Part shown: piece after piece, positions 19,562-27,940 of the stretch | Numbering within the stretch: the first letter of the stretch is position 1 | Layout: each line of letters starts with the position of its first letter | NCBI GenBank assembly: GCA_017610175.1 | Contig: JAFCCO010000010.1 | Coordinates: forward strand, 1-53,031 | Length of the DNA: 53,031 bases | From: Candidatus Iainarchaeum sp. | Lineage (GTDB): Archaea > Iainarchaeota > Iainarchaeia > Iainarchaeales > GCA-2688035 | Direction of reading: 5' to 3' | Position numbers and translations under genes: made by a program | The notes under the pieces: generated by a model | Seen by the model: the letters and a program-made list of their open reading frames with translations, nothing else | The model's database searches: none | What the model was told of the DNA's origin: nothing

Positions 19562-19996
19562 TTGAATTCAAAAGCGCAAACCAGTATTGAAATTTTTCTT
19601 GTGGTTGCAACAATTCTTGCTCTTCTCCTTCTTGTTTCGGTCATTTCCATGCAGCGAAACATTTCAATTCAGGCAAGGGATGAGCTCAATCGCAATGCAC
19701 AAATTTGCGGGGTTCTTTCACAGCATATTTCAACATTCCAACTAAACCAGGGGTACAGCGAAACAATATTTGAGCCAGAGGGCGACATACACCTTGAAAA
19801 AAACAATATTGTGGTTGGCGGCACATCCTGCTACTTTTCCAACCGCACACAGTTTCAAACCGCCCAATCAACCTTTACAAGCGATCTGGATGCCGGAGGC
19901 TTTGACTTGGAGCAGGGCAAACGCTATGCTGTAAAAAAAACAAACGGCGAGGTGACATTCTGTGAAATTAAGGAAACTCCGGACCCTTGGTGTTAG
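19562..19996 (+). CDS. Minor type IV pilin-like protein
   Basis: KAQTSIEIF plus hydrophobic helix. Confidence 0.85.
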   Translation: MNSKAQTSIEIFLVVATILALLLLVSVISMQRNISIQARDELNRNAQICGVLSQHISTFQLNQGYSETIFEPEGDIHLEKNNIVVGGTSCYFSNRTQFQTAQSTFTSDLDAGGFDLEQGKRYAVKKTNGEVTFCEIKETPDPWC

Positions 19997-21107
19997 GGGG
20001 CAGAGCATGGGCATAGACCTGCTTTTTGCGGTAACCATGTTTCTCCTGATTATAGGGGTTGTTTTCACAATCTGGTCAAACAGCACTGCCGTTGCGGACA
20101 AGCAGCTTTCCGAAATACAAATGAGGCGCATGGCCGAGCGCGCCCTAAACCAGCTTGTCACAAGCAAGGGCTCGCCCGACACTTGGGATTCAAGTTACTG
20201 CGGAATAAGCATTGATGGTCTTGGCCTGGCAAAACGAAACCTTGTGCTTGACGAAAACAAACTTAACCAGTTCATCTGGAGAAACCGCGGCCTGACACGC
20301 GGTCTTGTGGGCAGATGGAACTTTGAAGGGAACCTGCGTGACTCAAGCGGGAACATCAACCACGGAACAGAAAATCCACCCGTAGTTTATGACTCAGGCC
20401 TTTGGGGGACACAATCAGTAAATTTCCAGCCAAACGGATATGGTTCGGTTTCGTATGACCCGGAACTTGGGTCTGACGAGTTAACCGCAAGTTTTTGGGT
20501 AAAGTTTGATGACCTAACAGGGATTCAGGCTCCGCTTGTAATGGTTGGGCCCATCGGCGGGTATCTTTTCATATTGCTTACCGATAAAATGGCTTGGCGC
20601 ACAACTGATGGAGCAGTATGGGAAACTTTAGAAAGCACCGTGCCCCTTGATACAATCAACTGGTTCTTTGTTGCAGCAACAATAGATTCCACTGGCAGAA
20701 AAATATATGTTAACGAAACAATGGACCGTGATTCCTCACAGGTATATTCTACCACAGGAGATGTTGAGTTGTTATTGGGAAGTGGATTACCCCCCCACGG
20801 GGTAATGGATGACATTCGCATCTACAACCGCGCTCTTGCTTCAAACGAAATCCTGTCCCTCTGTGATTGGAACGATATTTACCTAAAGGAAAAGCTTTTA
20901 ATTGCGGACAACAATTTCTTTTTTAGATTGATAGAGCCAGGGACGGGAATGACTTTGACAAACGATTTTGGTGATTTAATAGAGGCGGGCCTTGCGACCG
21001 AGGACAGCAGAGAACCTGAAAACCTTTTGGTTACCAGCGTCTCAAGAATAATAACTTACAAGGAGAGCGAAGCAATTGCGGAATTTACACTTCATCGCAT
21101 CAGGTAA
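19962..21107 (+). CDS. Pilin-like protein with inserted LamG domain
   Basis: RGQSMGIDLLF signal; GLVGRWNFEG..DSSGN...DDIRIYNRAL; GAGGTGA SD before GTG. Confidence 0.85.
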   Translation: MKLRKLRTLGVRGQSMGIDLLFAVTMFLLIIGVVFTIWSNSTAVADKQLSEIQMRRMAERALNQLVTSKGSPDTWDSSYCGISIDGLGLAKRNLVLDENKLNQFIWRNRGLTRGLVGRWNFEGNLRDSSGNINHGTENPPVVYDSGLWGTQSVNFQPNGYGSVSYDPELGSDELTASFWVKFDDLTGIQAPLVMVGPIGGYLFILLTDKMAWRTTDGAVWETLESTVPLDTINWFFVAATIDSTGRKIYVNETMDRDSSQVYSTTGDVELLLGSGLPPHGVMDDIRIYNRALASNEILSLCDWNDIYLKEKLLIADNNFFFRLIEPGTGMTLTNDFGDLIEAGLATEDSREPENLLVTSVSRIITYKESEAIAEFTLHRIR

Positions 21108-24100
21108 GGGGTTTGCAATATCGGTCGATGCATTGCTCGCAATGCTCCTGACAATTGCATTCCTCGGCTTTATTGGGATGGGGATTCAGGAAGAAGAGCT
21201 TGCGGTAACCGAAGCAACAATAAGCATAAAGCAAACAGTGGACGATGTTTTCAACGCGCTGGACAACTCAGGTCTGCTTGCAAAAAAACTTGCCAACGCA
21301 GAGCTTCGCATGGATCTCATAACCAATCCATCGGACCCGACAAATCCGGGAATATACGATGCCGCAAAGAAACTGCTTTCAGAGGAACAGTCCCTCAAAA
21401 TTGTTGTAAACGAATATCGTGCAGTAGACAATCTTGGCCCCTGCAGAAGCGAGTATGATGATTATCTTAGTGGAAGCTCAACACTAGATGAAGTTTTTGA
21501 TGCATGCTTTTCAACCCCGTACGCAACCATGGAACACTCTGAAAGCACTCTCCCCTTGGATGAGGCGGTAATTCATGGAAGAAAGCTTGCGATAATGCGC
21601 CAGCCGGTGAGCGAAAAAACAGGTGAAAACAGGTGCATTTTAACGTCCGATGCAGAGCTCAAGCAGGAGGCAAAAGAGAAATACATCAAAGCCCTTTTTG
21701 CGGAACCCCTTGGGGCGGATGTTGAAACAGAGGTCATTGTTGTTCCAAGTGATGAAATCTCCTGCGACGAGGAAGTAACTGTTGTACTAAAAGCGCGGAA
21801 TGCAACACGCGGCCCGATTGCGATAATGCTTGCCGTGGACGAAAGCGGAAGCATGGAAACCCTGGACATGCTTTCACAGGAATCAACAGGCTCGTTCAAT
21901 GCAGGGACCTGCGAAAACGAACCCAAGTGGGTTTCGGGTTATGCCGGAAATGCAATTCAGTTCAACGGACTTACGTCTTATATAAACTGCGGAAACAACC
22001 CCCCCATGCAGTTGGACGGGGACCTGACAATTCTTTTCTGGGCAAAACCGTTTGATGTTGATTCCCCAAGCAGGCAGAATCCGATTTGCAAATCATACGG
22101 CGCGGAATTTTGCGTAAATATGGAAGCAGATGGGGAACTAAGAATTTATCACGGGTCGGCAGGAAGCAATACGTCACCTTACACAAGCTTTGGCACAGAG
22201 GGTGTTTTCCAGGACAATGTATGGGTCCACGCCGCAATCACAAGAGACGTTTCCACCAGAACATGGAGATCGTACAAAAACGGAGCATATACCGGAGTAA
22301 CCAGAACATGGACAAGCGGCTACGACCCCGTGACAAGCGCGGGATACAATATGCTAATTGGAGACGGCTATGTGAATAACTTTAATGGGATAATTGACGA
22401 GGTCAGAATTTACGACCGCGTTCTGGATGATTCTGAGGTAAACCAGGTTGCATCCGGAACAAACATAACAAACGGACTTGTCGCATACTGGAGCATGAAC
22501 CAAACAACCGGAAATTCCCTGACAGACAATTCGGGAAACGGGAACAACTGCGCGCTCTGGAACTGGGCCAGTGCCGGAAGTGAAGCCAAGTGGGTTTCAG
22601 GTGAAATAAGCAACGCGCTTTCATTAAACGGAATAAACCAGTATGTTAAAGTCGACAACGATTCTGCTCTCGATATTACAGGCCCGATTTCAGTTTCTGC
22701 GTGGATAAAAGTAAACGACACAGAGCAAAGCGAATACATGCGGATTGTTTCAAAGGGAATTTGCTGCAGCACAGGATACGAACTTGAGTACAGGCCAAGC
22801 GATGGCCGCATAGCCTTCCAGGGCAACGGCCAGTTAGACGCCGACGGCCAAACCATTGATCTGGGCTGGCACCACATTGTAGGGGTAATAGATGGAACAG
22901 GAACAGGGCAGATTTATTTGGACGGGGCGGACGTAACAACCGACACTTCCGCAAATGTTCCAACATCCACCAGCTACGATTTAGAAATAGGCAGGCGAGT
23001 TGATGACGATTATTACTTCAATGGCTCAGTTGATGACGTGAGAATATACAATACGGCACTCGACCAAGGGAATGTGGATACCCTTTTTGCCCACGGCAAT
23101 GTTGCAACAGGCCTTGTCGGCCACTGGGCATTTAACGAAGCCGCGGGAGACATTGCTAGCGATTCGTCAGGACAGGGAAACAGCGGAGACCTCATTGGCT
23201 GGGCCGGCGTGGCAGGATGCATTTACAATCCAGGGGTTAATGAACAGGTAACTTCAAACTGTCCGGCAAACAAAACCTTCTTTTCACAGTTTACCGGAAA
23301 CAAGCCAATGGTTGCAACCTATGACACAACACCAATATACGACGATCTTGTTTCAGCAAGTTACCTTGATTTCATCGCAAGCACAACAAGCTACCTTGGG
23401 GTTTGCCGCGATCCATACGCATATATGCGCCTTTGGATGGAGTACCCAAGTGGGTATATAGACGGCACCACCTCCAGTGCATACTATGAAACAGATTATA
23501 GCCCTGAGTTGGGAACTTACAAAACCCATGTTTGGAGTGACACCCTGATAAACTACTACATTTACGGCAGGCAACGTTTTTACAGCATAAACGATCCAAT
23601 GTTTAGAGTAGAAAAACTTTTGTCTGGTTCAGGCACGCATTCGGGAATTTATGCCCCGCCGGAACAGGACTGCTCCAACTTTTGGAACTGGGAAAAAGTC
23701 GGGGAATTCACAATAAGGCCGGACTACAACACTTTTTCAGACGCATGGTGGAGGCCGTATTATTACGGCTATGACTCAAACTCCGGCGCATGCAAAGGCC
23801 CGAAGTTCCAAATAATAGGTGTAAACAACGAGGTCACAAGCCATGTTCCCGGAAAGGAGGGAAACGCAATAAGCTTTGACGGAGCCGCAACATACGGCAA
23901 AATTGAGGAGCAAGAAGGTTATGATTTTGGGTTTGAGGACCAGACCGGCTCAATTTCAATGTGGTACAAGACAAGCCGTACATCAAGGCAATCTTTATTG
24001 AGCAGGTGGGGAACAGGAGCATACACAGGGTGGAACATTTACACAAGCAGCGATGATGTCTGCTTTGATGTTGTAACCCAAAACCCAACCCAGGGAAACA

Positions 24101-26727
24101 TTCCCTGCCAAACAACTGGGGCGACAGACGGAAAATGGCACAATGTTGTGGGGGTCTGGGAAGACAACCAAGTCAGGCTTTACTTTGACGGGGTTGCGGT
24201 TGCGCCAAAGACAATTCCCGCAGGATTTACATACAACCCAGGGACACAGCCAGTTTGGCTCGGCAGAAACAATTATGGCAGCATGGTGGAATGGTTTTCA
24301 GGTGAAATTGATGAGGTTCGCGTTTACAACCGCGCGCTAACGGCTGCTGAAGCACTGGACCTTAACAATTGGGGAACAAATCCCGCAACACACATTTTTA
24401 CAGAAGATGTGTCTAGCGGATTAATTTCACACCTTAAATTCAACGAGGCAAGCGGAAACAACGCAGCAGACTCATCTGGAAACGGAAATGTTGCAACAAT
24501 AAATCCAGGCCCTGTTTGGCCAATCGGAAGACAGGATCTTGTAAATTACTGCGGTGACGGAGACGATGGGGATTACTGTGAATTCAGGTATGACAAAAGC
24601 ATAATAAGCGGCCCGTTTCTTCCGACCGGAACATACGAGGTTTGGGCCTGGAGTGATGTCCCAATTTTTGTAAGATTCCAAACAAACAGAATTGACCGCG
24701 CTCTTGGAGTACTGTTTGGCAACACATCAAGAACAGATACTCTGGACGGAGGAACATGCAACGGAAGTACCTGTGGAACAACAACAGTTGTTGAAGTGCC
24801 TCCTGAAACAAACTGCCCTGTGGGCACAGGAGACAAAAGAAGCATCCTGCTTGGTGCCGCAAACACCCAAACAGTGGAATCTTATTCAGTTTCCTCAGAT
24901 ATTGAAGCACTGAGGGTTAGCAGCAAATTTGATTACAGCTCAGCCCCAACCGCAATTTGCGGAGGTGCGGCAATGGGATTCCAAAATCCAGTGGACGGGC
25001 CCTCAGACCCCAATTGGTACAACTGGGATCCAACTGCAGGCAGCATAAGAACAAACACATTCGGAGTAAACGATTCTACCATATCTTCAACATACAAGTG
25101 GACATCTGGCCCGCCGATAGCCCAAGGAGACTACAACATCCTTGGTTGGGCAGAAGACAGCGTTGACTACGAGCTCAAATGGTACTTGCAAAGGCTTGAC
25201 TCCGCAAAGAACGCGGTGCGCACGTTTATTGATGATGCTCAGTGGAAATTAAATGATGAAATTGGGCTGATTGGGTTCTCAACAAGCGCAAACACACTGC
25301 AGGGGCTTACAGACGTCATTGAATACGGCGACGACATAAAAACAGCACTTGACCTGCTTGAGCCAAGCGGCGAAACAGGAATGGCTGACGCAATAGACGC
25401 CGCGGTTACAGAGCTTGGAAATGCAAGAAGCGGCGCCGGAAAGTTCATTGTCCTGTTAACAGACGGGCGCGCAAATGTATGCCGCGGTGGGGATTTATGC
25501 TATAATGAAACCCAAGCAGGGCTGGATGCTGTTGCTGCAGCAAACGCCGCAAGAACACAGGGCATAACTGTTTACGTGATTGGATTTGCCGATGCCTCAA
25601 TAATTGGTGCGTACGAAAACACCCTTAAGACAATTGCAAAAGACAAGGATGACTCAATAATCTGTCCCAATCCGGAATCAGGATACAATTGCGGAAAATA
25701 CTATTACGCCGCCGACCAGGATGCGCTCGCAGAAATGTACAGCCTGATTGCGTTCGAAATCGCCAGAACAATGGGGGTAGCTGATTTGGAAATTCCAATT
25801 CCCGAGGGCATGGAATTAAGTGAATACGGGACCAGAACCTGCGGGGTATGGAAGGATTCAGTCGGAGCAATAATCACCGAAGTGGACAGCTGCGGAGTAT
25901 GCAGCTCCGGCCAGGACACCTGTGAAGACGGTGAACTATTGCTCTACTTTGACCAGCCAATAAGCTACTCGGGGGATGAATGGTGGGCTGCCGAATTCAA
26001 AACAGTTATTCCCTGCAGTGCAAATTCCTGTTATTCCGATTTTGTTCTCTTTCCCCCTGCTGGAACAGGGATAACGGACAACAACAGCGAGGATGTAATA
26101 AGCTGGGACAACGAAGACAACAATACTGTAATATGTGAGGGAGGCGCAACAACCCGCTGCCACCAAAAAATCCCGCTAAAATATGCGGACCTGAACGTGT
26201 TTTTCGTGGACGGGGAAATTGACTCAAGCAAGCAGTGGATTGACGTAAGCTTTGAAATTGACAACAACGGATTCAGGGACATCATAATCGGCAACTCAGG
26301 GGTTGACAGGCTAAAAATAGCATTTTACCAGAATGACCTGTCAAAGCCACTGGATGTTTCAGGCGCCCCTGCACCCACAATATACTTTGGCCAGGGGGCG
26401 GGAGAGGAAGTTCTCATAAGTGACTATAACATTGATGTGGACGGGAACCTAAATATTGCCCTTCCAACACCTGCAACCACCGGAAATCTTTGCGCCCCGC
26501 TTGAAGAGGCCTGTGAACAGCCAAGTTACTGGAAGTTAAGGCTAAGCAGTGTAAGATTACACAATTGTTACGGAGCAGGGGGGGACTGCACAGGAACAAT
26601 TCTTGCTGCAATAAATCCCAACAAAGCGGTTGGGGAATGCGAATTGCACAACCTGGCTGAAATGTACTGCCTGGGCGAAGCAGACTTAAGATTTTATACA
26701 GTAGACTATTATGTATGGGAGGACTAA
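21076..26727 (+). CDS. Giant pilus-associated adhesin (pilin-type signal, split vWA, 3 LamG domains)
   Basis: KGFAISVDALL signal; MIDAS DESGS; TGMADAI; VLLTDG; three D[DE]VR[IV]Y motifs. Confidence 0.88.
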   Translation: MRNLHFIASGKGFAISVDALLAMLLTIAFLGFIGMGIQEEELAVTEATISIKQTVDDVFNALDNSGLLAKKLANAELRMDLITNPSDPTNPGIYDAAKKLLSEEQSLKIVVNEYRAVDNLGPCRSEYDDYLSGSSTLDEVFDACFSTPYATMEHSESTLPLDEAVIHGRKLAIMRQPVSEKTGENRCILTSDAELKQEAKEKYIKALFAEPLGADVETEVIVVPSDEISCDEEVTVVLKARNATRGPIAIMLAVDESGSMETLDMLSQESTGSFNAGTCENEPKWVSGYAGNAIQFNGLTSYINCGNNPPMQLDGDLTILFWAKPFDVDSPSRQNPICKSYGAEFCVNMEADGELRIYHGSAGSNTSPYTSFGTEGVFQDNVWVHAAITRDVSTRTWRSYKNGAYTGVTRTWTSGYDPVTSAGYNMLIGDGYVNNFNGIIDEVRIYDRVLDDSEVNQVASGTNITNGLVAYWSMNQTTGNSLTDNSGNGNNCALWNWASAGSEAKWVSGEISNALSLNGINQYVKVDNDSALDITGPISVSAWIKVNDTEQSEYMRIVSKGICCSTGYELEYRPSDGRIAFQGNGQLDADGQTIDLGWHHIVGVIDGTGTGQIYLDGADVTTDTSANVPTSTSYDLEIGRRVDDDYYFNGSVDDVRIYNTALDQGNVDTLFAHGNVATGLVGHWAFNEAAGDIASDSSGQGNSGDLIGWAGVAGCIYNPGVNEQVTSNCPANKTFFSQFTGNKPMVATYDTTPIYDDLVSASYLDFIASTTSYLGVCRDPYAYMRLWMEYPSGYIDGTTSSAYYETDYSPELGTYKTHVWSDTLINYYIYGRQRFYSINDPMFRVEKLLSGSGTHSGIYAPPEQDCSNFWNWEKVGEFTIRPDYNTFSDAWWRPYYYGYDSNSGACKGPKFQIIGVNNEVTSHVPGKEGNAISFDGAATYGKIEEQEGYDFGFEDQTGSISMWYKTSRTSRQSLLSRWGTGAYTGWNIYTSSDDVCFDVVTQNPTQGNIPCQTTGATDGKWHNVVGVWEDNQVRLYFDGVAVAPKTIPAGFTYNPGTQPVWLGRNNYGSMVEWFSGEIDEVRVYNRALTAAEALDLNNWGTNPATHIFTEDVSSGLISHLKFNEASGNNAADSSGNGNVATINPGPVWPIGRQDLVNYCGDGDDGDYCEFRYDKSIISGPFLPTGTYEVWAWSDVPIFVRFQTNRIDRALGVLFGNTSRTDTLDGGTCNGSTCGTTTVVEVPPETNCPVGTGDKRSILLGAANTQTVESYSVSSDIEALRVSSKFDYSSAPTAICGGAAMGFQNPVDGPSDPNWYNWDPTAGSIRTNTFGVNDSTISSTYKWTSGPPIAQGDYNILGWAEDSVDYELKWYLQRLDSAKNAVRTFIDDAQWKLNDEIGLIGFSTSANTLQGLTDVIEYGDDIKTALDLLEPSGETGMADAIDAAVTELGNARSGAGKFIVLLTDGRANVCRGGDLCYNETQAGLDAVAAANAARTQGITVYVIGFADASIIGAYENTLKTIAKDKDDSIICPNPESGYNCGKYYYAADQDALAEMYSLIAFEIARTMGVADLEIPIPEGMELSEYGTRTCGVWKDSVGAIITEVDSCGVCSSGQDTCEDGELLLYFDQPISYSGDEWWAAEFKTVIPCSANSCYSDFVLFPPAGTGITDNNSEDVISWDNEDNNTVICEGGATTRCHQKIPLKYADLNVFFVDGEIDSSKQWIDVSFEIDNNGFRDIIIGNSGVDRLKIAFYQNDLSKPLDVSGAPAPTIYFGQGAGEEVLISDYNIDVDGNLNIALPTPATTGNLCAPLEEACEQPSYWKLRLSSVRLHNCYGAGGDCTGTILAAINPNKAVGECELHNLAEMYCLGEADLRFYTVDYYVWED

Positions 26728-26728
26728 C

Positions 26729-27877
26729 ATGCGCAAAAACGGTTTTTTTCTAACATTCATGGCGTTGATTCTCATAGGAAGTGTTCTGGCCCTTCAAACA
26801 TCAACCACCCAGTTTACGCTTCGCGACGAAAGAAGTAGGATAGATCAAACGGCATTTGAGGAAATAAACCAAACATTCACAAACATCTACAACCAGATTC
26901 TTGTTTCAAAAGAAGGATACGCCGGAAAAGTGCAGGGGCGAATAATTCCATTGAAAAATTATGAAAAGGGGCAAAACTGGTTTGAAATAACCCAGGAATT
27001 TCCCGCAGAACAGGAAACGCTTGACGAGACATATGATGCACTGAACCTTTTCTCAATATTTTCAAGCGCAAAAAACTCCCGCAGCGACCTCCATGTAAAT
27101 GTGTTTGCATTAAGGAACGACGACTGGGGTGGAAGTGAAGAAAACCCGCCATTTACATACATAATAGAGCCACAGTGCGTAAAATCAAGTATTGGGACAC
27201 AAGACGGGGGCACAGGGAACACAGTTGATGTGATGCAATTTTTTGAAGGGGATTCTCTGGAGGGGGACCCATGCGATTTTCCGGATCCAACGTCAGAAAC
27301 ATTGGGTGACATTAACTCTTTTATTGTGCGAGCGGAGATAGCGCTCTTGGGGATCTGTGATGTGAAAAGTTCCATATCCAATACAATCACTTGCAGTGGC
27401 GGATTGGCGGAACCCCCAAAAGACGGAGAAAATGGGTGCGCGATGGAAGTGTATGATTCCTCTGAAACCCAGCCGTTTGCTTTTGTCCACATAGTGTTTA
27501 CTGACTGTTTTGACGGCACCAGTCCCGAATGTGCTTCAGTTTTTCACTCAAGCAACCCCGATTTCCCGGCAGGTTTCCCAGACGGAGAATACTTTATCTA
27601 TGGGCACTTTAATCCTTTGGATGCAACTGAATCCCTATTTAAATTTACTGGCTGCGGAACAGGGCAAGGGTTGAGCATAGATTTTGTGCCAGATGACGGC
27701 CTTCTTTTTAGAACCAACCAAAAAGACATGGATTCTGACCTAATGGAAATAGACATCACAAACCGCATAACATTCAATTCCCCAATAGAATTCATACAAT
27801 TTAGCGGAGTAGACCTTTCCATAAAAAAGAAGAATTTTGACTACTGCAGGGCCACCTATGAACAGCTCTGCGACTAG
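26729..27877 (+). CDS. Pilin-like Cys-containing protein
   Basis: MRKNGFFLTFMALILI class III-like signal; starts 1 nt after the adhesin stop codon. Confidence 0.78.
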   Translation: MRKNGFFLTFMALILIGSVLALQTSTTQFTLRDERSRIDQTAFEEINQTFTNIYNQILVSKEGYAGKVQGRIIPLKNYEKGQNWFEITQEFPAEQETLDETYDALNLFSIFSSAKNSRSDLHVNVFALRNDDWGGSEENPPFTYIIEPQCVKSSIGTQDGGTGNTVDVMQFFEGDSLEGDPCDFPDPTSETLGDINSFIVRAEIALLGICDVKSSISNTITCSGGLAEPPKDGENGCAMEVYDSSETQPFAFVHIVFTDCFDGTSPECASVFHSSNPDFPAGFPDGEYFIYGHFNPLDATESLFKFTGCGTGQGLSIDFVPDDGLLFRTNQKDMDSDLMEIDITNRITFNSPIEFIQFSGVDLSIKKKNFDYCRATYEQLCD

Positions 27878-27940
27878 TGTAAATGTTTATTAAAAAAGAC
27901 GTTCTTAATGAATAGAAGAAAAATAATAGAGTTGTGTTAA

